Shown piece after piece: positions 9,976-20,305 of a stretch of DNA of 64,000 nt. This stretch comes from Histomonas meleagridis 2922-C6/04-290x (lineage: Eukaryota > Protista > Parabasalia). Positions within the stretch are counted from its first letter, which is position 1. Each line of letters opens with the position of its first letter. The stretch lies in NCBI GenBank assembly GCA_020184695.1, contig JAANOX010000224.1, forward strand, positions 186,001 to 250,000. Reading direction: 5' to 3'. The position numbers and the translations under genes were made by a program. The notes below the pieces were generated by a model that saw only the letters and a program-made list of their open reading frames with translations, was not told where the DNA came from and did no database searches.

Positions 9976-12099
9976 TCATTTTTTACTATTTTTACCTTTT
10001 TTCGTTGTTGTTGCGTTTTTGCTTCCTTTCTTTCTTCCTCTCTTTTTCGGCTCTTCATATTCGATGACGTCATCGTCCACTACAAACGATTCGTCGTCTT
10101 CTTCTTTCCTTCTCCAATCCTTTCCGCGTTTATTATTTTTCTTTTTCTTATTGCTCTTTTCCTCATATTCTTCGTCGTATTCCTCGTCAGTGTAATCATC
10201 TAAATCTTCGTCGCTGTAGTCGTCTTTTTTAGCTTTCGCTCTCCTCTTTGTTCTTCCTCTTTTCTCTACTTCGGCACTTGATATCAAATAGTCGGCTCTG
10301 ACTTCAGACTCCGATCGTATCTTCGTTTGGTCATCGTTGTGTTTCTTTTTGTAGTCGTTTGTGATTTGGGTTTTTACGTTGCTCGAAATCTTCTTCAAGA
10401 AATCTTTTTCTCCAAATGAACTTAGTTCTAAAACATGTAAAAAGTCATCTTTAGTGAGTTGTAATTCATTTAATATACCTAAAAATTGTTCAATTTGAGG
10501 ACTTCTTCCTTGTAATAATTTCATAAATTTTAATGTTAAACATGGAATAACAGAGTCATATAATTCATTAGAAGATACACCAATAGTTTTGGAGGACCGA
10601 TTGCCAATCTCTTGTGTATATCTTTGAAGCTTTTTACGCTTACCATACTTCCCGAAATATGACGGATACTTCATTAATCCGGTAAAATCACCTGTAGAAC
10701 ATAACGTAGTTGGCATCACTGATGATAATAACGCATGCGTATTAAGTAAATTCCATGAACCTGTGTCAAATATAGCTGAATCAATTAAATCTGAATATGA
10801 AATACTATCAAGTGCTTCAACAAAGTTATGTCGATCTTCGCCTGGTTTAATATTCTCTTGTATATAAAGTGGGACAAGTGAATAATCAACAAAATAATCT
10901 TCAAATCGTTGATCCATTGTTGTTTTGGTTAAAAACATTTGTTGTGCTGCATCAAGTGGTTCAGTGATGAATACATTTTTCTTATTATCTTCAGCATTTT
11001 TATCCATGTCGTCATCAATATCACTTTTAACCCAAAATTGTAAATTGTTAATCGCACATCGGAAATCTCCATTACATGTACGTGCTATGTGATCCAAAAC
11101 AGAATCACTCACATTAATATTCTCTTTGTCGCTGATCTCACGAAGACGACTCGAAATAACCTCCGGAAGCGTCGGTTTGAATTGAATATCAACCGAATAT
11201 TTAGCGAGCGTTTGGTACTTTTTGTCACCGCGTTCGTTACAAATACAAATTACAGGGTTAGAAGTTGTCTGAACCAACTTTGCTAACTCTTGAAGGCCAC
11301 CAATATCACTTCGTGACATTCCATCAATCTCATCAAATATTAAACAAAGTTTCGTATTCGACTTAAGAGATGTGTTACGAAAAGCATCAGAAATGGTTTC
11401 TTGAAGAAGCTTTCTACTACGCGTATCACTGGCATTGAATTCAACACTATTATAACCAAATTCAAGTGCAACTATATGAGCTGTGGTGGTCTTACCAACA
11501 CCTGGAGGACCACTAAGAATAGCACACTTTTCATCGCTCTCACCAAAATGCTTGAAAAAGTTCATAAGACTTTCAATTGCTGCTCGATTTCCAAGAATAT
11601 CACTAAGTTTGCGTGGGCGATATTTCTCTGATAGAAGTGTTGATGGTGGAAAGTAGTCGTCAGGAAGAACAGCTTTGCCTTCAATTCCTTTTGGTTTTGG
11701 TGGTTTATAATTTGGATTTGTTGATGCGAGATATTGAAAAAGAAGGTCTTCGTCAAGGATTTTTATACCCTTTTCTTTAGCTTTTTTTATTTTAGATGGT
11801 CCAACTTCTGTAATTCCACGAATTAAAATATCAGTACGACCACTAATAGCTGAAGTTACTCTTCCGCCATATCGTTCAATAAGCTCTTTGAGCATGCTAC
11901 GTGTAAGGCACGGCATTGTTCCAGTAGGAACAAAAGTTATTCCCAATAAACATCCTGCTGCACCAATTGGAATTGGTTTTTGATTTAAAAGAGGTGGGTT
12001 ATCAGACATTCCATATCGAAATCCAGCACTTGTTGTAAATTCGGACTTTGGTTCTGGTAAACTATAGAGTACACTCCTTATTATCTTTGTTGCTTCCAT
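9976..12099 (-). CDS. RFC1: Replication factor C large subunit
   Basis: N-terminal BRCT domain (LGITFVPTG...ELIERYGGRVTSAISGRTD). AAA+ motifs LSEKYRP, ILSGPPGVGKTT, VEFNASDTRS, LIFDEIDGM and PVICICNE. RFC1 C-terminal domain and acidic/basic tail. Confidence 0.95.
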   Translation of the reverse strand: MEATKIIRSVLYSLPEPKSEFTTSAGFRYGMSDNPPLLNQKPIPIGAAGCLLGITFVPTGTMPCLTRSMLKELIERYGGRVTSAISGRTDILIRGITEVGPSKIKKAKEKGIKILDEDLLFQYLASTNPNYKPPKPKGIEGKAVLPDDYFPPSTLLSEKYRPRKLSDILGNRAAIESLMNFFKHFGESDEKCAILSGPPGVGKTTTAHIVALEFGYNSVEFNASDTRSRKLLQETISDAFRNTSLKSNTKLCLIFDEIDGMSRSDIGGLQELAKLVQTTSNPVICICNERGDKKYQTLAKYSVDIQFKPTLPEVISSRLREISDKENINVSDSVLDHIARTCNGDFRCAINNLQFWVKSDIDDDMDKNAEDNKKNVFITEPLDAAQQMFLTKTTMDQRFEDYFVDYSLVPLYIQENIKPGEDRHNFVEALDSISYSDLIDSAIFDTGSWNLLNTHALLSSVMPTTLCSTGDFTGLMKYPSYFGKYGKRKKLQRYTQEIGNRSSKTIGVSSNELYDSVIPCLTLKFMKLLQGRSPQIEQFLGILNELQLTKDDFLHVLELSSFGEKDFLKKISSNVKTQITNDYKKKHNDDQTKIRSESEVRADYLISSAEVEKRGRTKRRAKAKKDDYSDEDLDDYTDEEYDEEYEEKSNKKKKNNKRGKDWRRKEEDDESFVVDDDVIEYEEPKKRGRKKGSKNATTTKKGKNSKK

Positions 12100-12720
12100 A
12101 TATGATGCGTACGTTTAAAATTTTCTGTATTTTATATTTCTTTTCCTTGACATTCGCATGAAATCATGATTTAAAAAGAAAAAGAAAGAAAAGAACATCT
12201 CATATTATTTATTATTCAATTTCACAAGTATGAAAATGGAAATGATTATCATTTGAAAAAAAAAAATACAAACATAATTAAATACATTAATAACAAGTAC
12301 GGCCTGTACAGGCAAACATGAAAAAAGGTAAATTAATTGTTTACATGAAATTTTTGCATTTGAACATGAAATGTGTTTTCATGTTTTGAGAACCAAGATA
12401 ATATTTCTATGATTATAAATGAATTAACGTACATGAAGAAAGAATGTCTATTGTATTTATCAAAAAATTAATTGGGGAAAAATAGTTGATGGAGACAAAA
12501 TTTACACCATTAACACAATTCAATGCCTTACACTGCTTTTGTTTGAAAAATAGCTCGATAGAAATCACTTTTTGCGCCTATTCAAAAAGCAAACCTTTTG
12601 TCTCATTTTATCATTTAATTTTCTGCTTGACAAATTTTGCTCTGAAAAACGAGACGATAAAACAGAAATTAGGTTATGATGAAACGGTTGGTATTAACCG
12701 CTTGGTTTTGAATTAATTGT

Positions 12721-12738
12721 GACGGTTGTTTAATCATT
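12721..12738 (+). promoter_or_regulatory. M3-type (RRCSGTTD) element plus Inr-like TCATT
   Basis: GACGGTTG at 12721-12728 and TCATT at 12734-12738, directly before ATG 12745. Both match the T. vaginalis core-promoter motifs. Confidence 0.6.
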
Positions 12739-12744
12739 TCTATT

Positions 12745-13356
12745 ATGTCCGAAGAAGCTCAAACATGCAGCAGAGGCTCGGAATGCCCATTCAAGAATCC
12801 AAAGAATATTGAAGAAAAACTTAAGCCATACGAAAAACACATCGAGCAAATCCAGGCAATGTTATTCTGGAGGAATCCAATCCCAATGGCTATTCTTCTT
12901 GTTCTTGTTAACCTCCTTTTCTTCATAATCTACAAATTGAACTTGTCATTTGTCCCAACAATGCTCTTGCTTGCTACAATTTCAGTTCTCATCAAGGTCG
13001 TCAAAAAGATTGCTGGTGAAAAGATCGCATCAATCTTATTCAAGCCAATTGAAAACAAGGAAGGAACATATAAGATTTACTCACTTGAAAGTGTTAGCCA
13101 AACACTTTCATGCATCGCTCAAAAGATTTCCTCCCTCAGAGGTCGTATTTGCCCAGGCGAAAAACCAACAATTGGTTCTGCATTACTTCCTCTTGGTATC
13201 TTAGCCGGACTCTTCTTAGTCTTCTTATTGACAGGCACATTCTGGTTGAACTTTGTTCTTGTTAACCTTATTCTCCTTCTCCCAGCCGTCATTTTCCACC
13301 CAAAGGTTTTGGAAAAGATCGAACCACATTTTGCTAAGTGCCAAAAGAAAGATTAA
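12745..13356 (+). CDS. Reticulon-homology (ARL6IP1/RETREG-like) ER-shaping membrane protein
   Basis: Two long hydrophobic hairpins; LFWRNPIPMAILLVLVNLLF is typical of the start of a reticulon homology domain; the C-terminal KKD is dilysine-like. Confidence 0.55.
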   Translation: MSEEAQTCSRGSECPFKNPKNIEEKLKPYEKHIEQIQAMLFWRNPIPMAILLVLVNLLFFIIYKLNLSFVPTMLLLATISVLIKVVKKIAGEKIASILFKPIENKEGTYKIYSLESVSQTLSCIAQKISSLRGRICPGEKPTIGSALLPLGILAGLFLVFLLTGTFWLNFVLVNLILLLPAVIFHPKVLEKIEPHFAKCQKKD

Positions 13357-13791
13357 AAAATCGTTCAACATGCTTTGGATGAAACTTACATTTTTATTTT
13401 AGTAACTTTTTTCTTTGAGATGAATTAAAGACTATGCTATGGCCTTTAACTCAAATTTTGGTTATGGGCGCAAAGATTTTCATGATTCAGAGCAAAAAGA
13501 CGCTGAAGAAAATTTTGTGTAGTTTTACAACAATTCAAAAAGTGGAAATTTTGCATTTGATTTTTTATTTTTCTGAAGGAATAAAAAAGTGAAGTGATGA
13601 AAATTTGTGACAAATCGTGAACTGATTTTGAGCGGTTTGCTTGAATGCTTTTTTTTTGTATTAAAACATTTTTTGAAATCAACGTTAATAATGATTCAAG
13701 AATCCGTTCCTTGAAATAAAATCACCTTGAAAAGATGAACGTAATATATTGATTTAAATTTATAGGTAAAAACAAGTTTATTTATAATCTA

Positions 13792-16356
13792 TTAATCTTT
13801 TAGATCGCGTTGTACATCTAAAGCCAACTTCGCAATTGGTTTATTTGTTTCCATCAGACTTGTTCCGAACTTAAACAATTTTGTTACTGATTCACTATGG
13901 AGATGAATATTAATTGGTGGGCCAATTTTATCGCCTAATGTTTTCAACAAATACAATGCGGCAACAATATTTGTGTGCGCATATGCATGCATTTTGTCAA
14001 TCTGCTTAAAAATTTTCATCATCCTGTGCTTCACCTCATTGATGAAGTTCCTCGATTTAATAACCTCCGGCGGGAGTACGTTTAAGATTGATGCGAAAAT
14101 TATGCAAAGCGATTCGAACAAATTATTCGCATATTCAACATCATTTTCAGATTCAGGGTCTAAGGAAACTGAAGTCTGTACAAGCATGAAGTTCCAAATC
14201 GCTCGAATCTGATTGATTGGCATTTGTTTTCCTAATCCATCAATCATAAAAGATAAGGCTAAAATCAATTGTGGCATCATCGTAACTTGTACTACTTCAT
14301 TTAGCTCAGTTATATACTTGAACAACCCTTCTACTTCATTATGTAAATATGGGATTACTCTTGTTTCTAAACATTTACACAATTTACCAATTGCTATTGC
14401 AGTCAAACAAACTAACTTTGGCGACTTTGATGCCATAGCTGCGTTGGCAATGCTTAGAAATTGAAGAGTATAAGGTTCGAAATTATATCCAATTGCCATT
14501 ATAATTGCTGTAAAACAAATCATTGCTTCTTCATAAAGAATTGTTGAGTGGTTGTTTAAAATCCCAAATAGAATTCCTATGACCGCTTGAGATATTGGTA
14601 AAACTTTATCTTCTAATCTTTGGATAATTGATGTTATTAATGAACAAATCCTAAAGTTCCTCATTTCATTTCCATTAGAAAATGATCCAAATGATTCCTT
14701 TAGCATTGCTAATGATCTTTCCAATAATATAGATAACTTCCTAAATGAATTTTCACCACAAGATTGTATTAAACAACACATTGCGTTGTAAGGAGAACTT
14801 GCAAAATCACTTTCTGCGAATTCCTGATCATTAATTTTTGCAAAAATTGTTGAAAAAATCAAATCAAAGTTAGAATCTACTTGTTCCTTTGATACATGCT
14901 TACACACTTTTCCCAACACATTTAATCCTCTTGCAGCAACTGGTGGAATACTCACAATTATCTTTGATAATGTTTCAAATATACTAGCTATAATAGGTTG
15001 CTGTTCAAGTAATTCTTCGTAATAAGTAACAACCAAGCCTATAAAACGTAATGATTGATCTGCAAGTTTTGGTATCGGTGAAAGTGCAAATTCCTCCGCA
15101 GCTCTCAAAAAGTTTACAATTAAATTTGATGTCAAATCATTTTTCAGATCACATGTCACGGACATCAAAGCCATAACCGCCGCGTTCTGGAACACCCAAC
15201 CGTTTTGTTGGAGCATTTCCGAAACGAAACCAGAAACAACATTAATGAATTCATCAAACATTTGAGTGCCATATACACTACGAAAGAATGCCTTTAAGGT
15301 GATATAAGAGTAATCTTCAAGCTGAGGATTTTGAACATCAAAAGCAGATGTACGATTTTCATCTTCAATTATTAAGAACCTTAGTGCGAAAGGTTCAAAT
15401 TGTAATGCAACTTTAGAAGTCACGTTCAAAAACCCGAAATTTTCATTTTTTAAATTCTTTGATTCGAATTTCCAAATTTCTTCCCAAAAATTCAATGATA
15501 TTCCTCTAAATATTACATCAGGACAACGCACACCTTCATAAGTGATTTCATAAATATGGTTAAAGAATTGTGGCGTGTATTGATATAGTCGTGTTACAAT
15601 TTCTAGAATGATCAAATGCATATTTCGATATAAAGTTTCATCTGACATCGGAATAACCATACGAATCAGAGTAAATAATGATGTAATACTTTGATCATTC
15701 ATGAAAATTTGCGGAAGACGAGAAATTAGTTTTTGCAATGTGTCGGAAATTATATATTTTCCGGTAATTGGAACATCGGGGCTTGAAAGCTGAGTAAAAA
15801 TTATTTGGAGAAATTCTATTATTTGCGGTGGAATTGACGCAAGTGGAATTTGTGGATTGAATATTGGAAGTTCGAAAATTTCACGTAATACATCAATGAC
15901 GCATGGGTGCATACTTACATTGGATTTAGCAATGTTGAGAAGATATTCAAAGATGGAACTCCAATTTGAAGATTCTATTTGTAATACTAATGCTAATGTA
16001 GCTGACGCAATGTTATGAACAATCATGTCACTATGCGTAATGTTAGTTGTAACAGTATGCTTGACAGAATCACGCATTTTTTGTGATGTGGGTTGGAACC
16101 AAGCTTTTCGAATGACTTCAATCGAAGTGGTTCGTTTTGGTCTAATGGTATCCCTAATTAAAGATATGGAAATAAATAATAGTTGAGTTGGAATGTTGGG
16201 AAGATTTGCAGCATCAGCAGAATATTGAAGAAAAACTACAGTGTTTATCCGACGTAATTCATTAAGAAGTCGGTTAGCTTCATTAACAACGTGATGATCT
16301 GAGTCTAGAAGTTGTGTAAGGCAATTTAGGAATTTGGGAAAATCTGAATCTCCCAT
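13792..16356 (-). CDS. Importin-beta-1-like karyopherin (HEAT repeats), divergent
   Basis: 854 aa. IBN_N-like N-terminus. GISLNFWEEIWKFE resembles KPNB1 QGIEFWSNVCDEE, and GWVFQNAAVMAL resembles DWRYRDAAVMAF. Confidence 0.75.
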   Translation of the reverse strand: MGDSDFPKFLNCLTQLLDSDHHVVNEANRLLNELRRINTVVFLQYSADAANLPNIPTQLLFISISLIRDTIRPKRTTSIEVIRKAWFQPTSQKMRDSVKHTVTTNITHSDMIVHNIASATLALVLQIESSNWSSIFEYLLNIAKSNVSMHPCVIDVLREIFELPIFNPQIPLASIPPQIIEFLQIIFTQLSSPDVPITGKYIISDTLQKLISRLPQIFMNDQSITSLFTLIRMVIPMSDETLYRNMHLIILEIVTRLYQYTPQFFNHIYEITYEGVRCPDVIFRGISLNFWEEIWKFESKNLKNENFGFLNVTSKVALQFEPFALRFLIIEDENRTSAFDVQNPQLEDYSYITLKAFFRSVYGTQMFDEFINVVSGFVSEMLQQNGWVFQNAAVMALMSVTCDLKNDLTSNLIVNFLRAAEEFALSPIPKLADQSLRFIGLVVTYYEELLEQQPIIASIFETLSKIIVSIPPVAARGLNVLGKVCKHVSKEQVDSNFDLIFSTIFAKINDQEFAESDFASSPYNAMCCLIQSCGENSFRKLSILLERSLAMLKESFGSFSNGNEMRNFRICSLITSIIQRLEDKVLPISQAVIGILFGILNNHSTILYEEAMICFTAIIMAIGYNFEPYTLQFLSIANAAMASKSPKLVCLTAIAIGKLCKCLETRVIPYLHNEVEGLFKYITELNEVVQVTMMPQLILALSFMIDGLGKQMPINQIRAIWNFMLVQTSVSLDPESENDVEYANNLFESLCIIFASILNVLPPEVIKSRNFINEVKHRMMKIFKQIDKMHAYAHTNIVAALYLLKTLGDKIGPPINIHLHSESVTKLFKFGTSLMETNKPIAKLALDVQRDLKD

Positions 16357-16876
16357 ATTTTATTTGAGGACTCTGTCTGATTTTATAGGACAATAAACGT
16401 TCTCTTGCTTTGCCTATGGACTCGATACAATGTTCACTGAAAATCATTAATTTTTTGGCGTTTAATCTCCAGCAAATCTAAAATAATAGATTAAATATTA
16501 AAAATTACCAACCTTTATCTTAAATGTTCTCAATAACAGTTCCAATACTCAAGAGATGGCTAGCATAAACAGAAAATTTGAAAAAAAATTCTTACAGCAG
16601 TTTGTTGGTATTCTCCTCAAAATAGAATCAGATAGGCAGTGCCTATTAGGCTGAATAAATATGGAAGTATGGGAGGGTTTGTTGTAATTCGCAACCCTCC
16701 GAGGGCAAAAAGTGACATGAGAGTGTTTGTTAACCGTTAATGCCCAACAAATTTTGTTAAAAAGATTTTTAGTAAAGCGTTCAAACGACACTTTTTAACT
16801 GGCAGCTTGCCGAAACAATTCAATGTGCTTTCGCGGTTTATCAACTTTTTGATAAATATCGCTTTCTTAGTCAAAT

Positions 16877-17479
16877 TTGATGCTGGCTTTTTTGATCGCA
16901 CTTGCTTCATGCAGGAAAAAGATTTACATCTATAAATCTCACGGCCATCACCGCATTAATAAGAGGATACCAGCGCAACCAAACAATGATTGGATTTTTC
17001 CTGATACAATGTCTGTAGTAATCAAAGACAATGCTATAATTTATGATAGAATGGCAGGTGATTTCTTTTTCAAACGTTACCTCAAAAAGGGCGAGAGAGT
17101 AAAAGTTATAGATTACTTTGATAAAGAAAAAGGTTTAGTTTATGTTACTACACAACGTGGTGGATTCCACGGCTATGTTTATGATGATGTTTTAAATGAC
17201 TATTATTATGAAGGGCTAAATGAACAAATTTATTCACCTTATCCCGTAACTGGTTATGTCGAAGTTAAAGAGGAACCATCTGAATCATCAAAAACCATTG
17301 CTAAGCTACATGATTGCGACTGGGTAAAGGTTTTATATGCTAAAAAAGGAGAACCTTGGATTAAGGTTGAAGTTGATGTTATTACTGAACTCTCTGATGA
17401 CTGTACTCCTGAAGAGTTAGAACGATTCCTTACACAATCCACTGCAGTTGGTTACATTCATCCTGAGGATTTATATTGA
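16877..17479 (+). CDS. Secreted protein with two bacterial-type SH3 (SH3b) domains
   Basis: Signal-like MMLAFLIALASC. Domain 1: LKKGERVKVID...GFHGYVYDDVL. Domain 2: VEVKEEPSESSKTIAKLHDCDWVKVL...PWIKV...VGYIHPEDL, which follows the SH3_3 pattern. Confidence 0.65.
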   Translation: MMLAFLIALASCRKKIYIYKSHGHHRINKRIPAQPNNDWIFPDTMSVVIKDNAIIYDRMAGDFFFKRYLKKGERVKVIDYFDKEKGLVYVTTQRGGFHGYVYDDVLNDYYYEGLNEQIYSPYPVTGYVEVKEEPSESSKTIAKLHDCDWVKVLYAKKGEPWIKVEVDVITELSDDCTPEELERFLTQSTAVGYIHPEDLY

Positions 17480-17924
17480 ATAATTATCACTTAAGGAATA
17501 TCTCCCTTCTAAAAGTTAATTTGATTTTTTTGGATAGTACTTCATGTTTTTTATCATGTTATAAGGGTGTTAATATGTCTTTTTAGTGAGAAATTTTCTT
17601 TCAACGATTAGTTAACCGAGTAAACGTTTAAAATCGGTGTTTGCGTAAACTATTGAAAAGTCCAGTGGCTAATTTTCACCATTCACTCACTAAAATTCAA
17701 TTTTTATATTTCAATATAATTCTGATTGGCGCTCATCCAAAGATTATTGTGCTTATAAATATCTTTTTGTTTTATCTTTTGAAGTTTTTAAGTTCAGAAG
17801 TTTTTTTCAAGGAAAGTTCAGAATCGGTTAATAGTTATCGTACACACTTTTTGAACTGATCGATTGTGTGTTCTTGAATGTCAAATGCATTCAAAAATTG
17901 AAATGCTTTTGACATCAACGCAAA

Positions 17925-18647
17925 ATGTTTTTTGCACTCGTTTGTGGTGCTCTCTCATGGCGTTTTAGTCAACACAAAGCTTTGACCAGACAAGCACTCG
18001 AAATCCTTAAGGCTGAACAGCCAAAAGCATATGATTTCTTCAACAACAAATATGCCGACTATTGGAATGATGTAATCTGGGGCTCATGGGATCCTGATAT
18101 CTTTGAATTTGGCACTGGTACACATTATTATGTTTACCCAGATGATGGATCAGAAAACGTTGGTCAATATTATCCAAACGCACCAAGACATAAGAATGAT
18201 GAAAGCTCAAGAACACGTCTTGAAGGACACTGGAAAGATGCTATTGAAGAGTTCAAGAGTGGAAAACTTGAGAAGACATTCCTTTCACTTGGTAGAGCAC
18301 TTCATTATTTAGGAGATATCGGCTGCCCACCACACTCAGGCGGTATCCAATATCCAAAGAACATCTTCGAAACAAACTATCATAGCCTTTTCGAAAAGTA
18401 TGCTAAGATTCTTGTTGATGGTGCTGCCAAATATCATGCTACTTCTGCTAAGGGATACTATGGTAAACTTGATGAGGCTACATTTGGTGTTGAAATTAAC
18501 AAGCTTTGCCAAATCGCTGCTTCCAACAAAGATCTTGTCTTAACTAAGGATGAAGCCAAATGGGATCAAGCAATTGTTAACTCTTTCCCATATGCAGAAA
18601 TATATGCAGCTGTTCTTCTTGAACGTTTCTATAGAGAAGTCCAGTAA
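17925..18647 (+). CDS. Secreted Zn-dependent phospholipase C (C. perfringens alpha-toxin N-domain / B. cereus PC-PLC family)
   Basis: An 11-aa signal is followed by Trp12 as the predicted mature N-terminus. SQHKAL, GSWDPD, GTHYY, ALHYLGDIGCPPH and NYHSLFE supply all nine family Zn ligands (W1, H11, D56, H68, H126, D130, H136, H148, E152 in alpha-toxin numbering). Confidence 0.85.
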   Translation: MFFALVCGALSWRFSQHKALTRQALEILKAEQPKAYDFFNNKYADYWNDVIWGSWDPDIFEFGTGTHYYVYPDDGSENVGQYYPNAPRHKNDESSRTRLEGHWKDAIEEFKSGKLEKTFLSLGRALHYLGDIGCPPHSGGIQYPKNIFETNYHSLFEKYAKILVDGAAKYHATSAKGYYGKLDEATFGVEINKLCQIAASNKDLVLTKDEAKWDQAIVNSFPYAEIYAAVLLERFYREVQ

Positions 18648-18846
18648 ATCAAAAGTGCTTTCGTTTAAAAAAACGTTAATTCTATCGTTCTGTCGTGTTT
18701 TGTAATATATTCAATTTTTTCTATGTAATATGATCGGTATTTGAAGTGCCAGGTTTCGATCATTTTGGATACAAATTCAAACTTTTTTATATAGGGTACT
18801 AAAAGGGGTTTTTTGGAAATATTGAAAATTATAAAAATGTGATATT

Positions 18847-19329
18847 TTATTGTGCAGGAGGAGCAGCGCCACCGCCTTTCATAGCGGACATGACAAAAAA
18901 TATAAGCAAGAAAGGAAGGAATTTCTTGATTAAGGAAAACAATCCACCTTCTTCTGGTGCTTCAAACTTTTGGTAATTTGGTTGGACCATATTTCTGGAT
19001 CTGGAAAGGGAAACTTGAACACCTTGTTTTTTATAAGAAGTTGATACTTCAAACATAACAGGCGTTTCCTGGAATATGTAAAGTTTGAACATTAAAGAAT
19101 TTGTATTTGAAGGAGATGGGAATGACAAAACAGTGCCATCCGGTCTAGTGATATGAAATGATTTTATATAATTGTTTTCGAATTTTGTATCAGATAATTG
19201 ATTGATTTTTCCAATATTTGATCTTTCTTGGTATTCCACTTCAGCAAAATCGTGGCTAGCGCCTTTCACATCTGTTGCAACAATTGTTAATCTTTGAGAT
19301 AATACCGAGAGGACAAATAAGTAAAACAT
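18847..19329 (-). CDS. Type I membrane protein, weakly EMC10-like
   Basis: Likely start is ATG 19329 (MFYLFVLSVLS signal), preceded by AAACGGTTA and TCAT. C-terminal TM GLFSLIKKFLPFLLIFFVMSAM with a short Gly/Ala tail. Confidence 0.55.
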   Translation of the reverse strand: MFYLFVLSVLSQRLTIVATDVKGASHDFAEVEYQERSNIGKINQLSDTKFENNYIKSFHITRPDGTVLSFPSPSNTNSLMFKLYIFQETPVMFEVSTSYKKQGVQVSLSRSRNMVQPNYQKFEAPEEGGLFSLIKKFLPFLLIFFVMSAMKGGGAAPPAQ

Positions 19330-19421
19330 ATGATTTCTAGCCAAACAAATAACCGTTTATATTTGACATGCTTTGTTCGAATGGGGAAAGGGTAAATTTT
19401 ACCCTTTTAAAATAGGCCAGA

Positions 19422-19682
19422 ATGAATATCCATAATTCAGAGATACTAAATGCACAACCACTTGAATTAGTTGACCGTTCTATAGGACAAAAGGTAGTGA
19501 TAGTGACAAGCTTAGGAATAGAGTTTGAAGGAATTTTAAAAGGATTTGATTCTGCTGTTAATTGCGTAATTGACGATGCAACTGAAACAAATGTTGTAAA
19601 CCCAGAATTTAAGCCACGACATCATGATACAGTCTTAGTTAATGGTGGTAGTATATCAATTATTTTACCTTTTGAAAATTAA
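19422..19682 (+). CDS. LSM5: Sm-like protein LSm5
   Basis: PLELVDRSIGQKV...FEGILKGFDSAVNCVIDDATE...DTVLVNGGSISIILP matches the Sm1/Sm2 motifs with the LSm5-type PLELVD start. Confidence 0.8.
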   Translation: MNIHNSEILNAQPLELVDRSIGQKVVIVTSLGIEFEGILKGFDSAVNCVIDDATETNVVNPEFKPRHHDTVLVNGGSISIILPFEN

Positions 19683-19784
19683 TTACAAATAAACATTACT
19701 TTTATTGTTACTCCAAAAAATCAAATTATTTTATTTTTAAACATGTGATTTTTAAATGCTTTTGCAAAAGTTATCAATTGTTTA

Positions 19785-20264
19785 TTACATTTGCTTTTTT
19801 TCCTCTTCAATGAGTGCCTTTAGTTTGGCAATGTTTGCTTTGAGTTGATTCCTATGTTCGTTTAGTCTCTTTAATCTTGTGATATGTGATTCTTGGAATT
19901 TTTGTCTTTTAATTGTGATTTCATCAATATCGCTCTCCACTCCATTAATTTCTTCACCTACAGCATAAAGTAGCATCTGTAGTTGTCTAATTTGTGTTCG
20001 CCAGTATTCTGATCTTCGAATGGACATAATATCTAAAAGTTCATCTTGTTGAAGAAGGTCTTCATAATACACCCCAAGAGGTAATTCATTTGGGACTATT
20101 CTTTCTACTTCTTGGAGCTCTTCAACTTCTTCAATTTTTGGTTCTTCTTGAGGAATTTTTTGCATTTCCTCATCAATAAGCGACTGTACATAATCTCTCA
20201 TCCCAGGCAAATTTATTTCTTGATCAATGTATGGATGTGAATATTCTCCTTCAAAAGAAAACAT
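19785..20264 (-). CDS. BCAS2/SPF27-like spliceosome (Prp19 complex) protein
   Basis: HPYIDQEINLPGMRDYVQSLIDEEM resembles BCAS2 [24 protein letters not shown]; coiled-coil C-terminus. Start set at ATG 20264, downstream of M3-type TAACGGTTT. Confidence 0.55.
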   Translation of the reverse strand: MFSFEGEYSHPYIDQEINLPGMRDYVQSLIDEEMQKIPQEEPKIEEVEELQEVERIVPNELPLGVYYEDLLQQDELLDIMSIRRSEYWRTQIRQLQMLLYAVGEEINGVESDIDEITIKRQKFQESHITRLKRLNEHRNQLKANIAKLKALIEEEKKQM

Positions 20265-20305
20265 TTGATCCAGTATAGAAACCGTTAAATGCACCAAAAA
20301 ACAAA

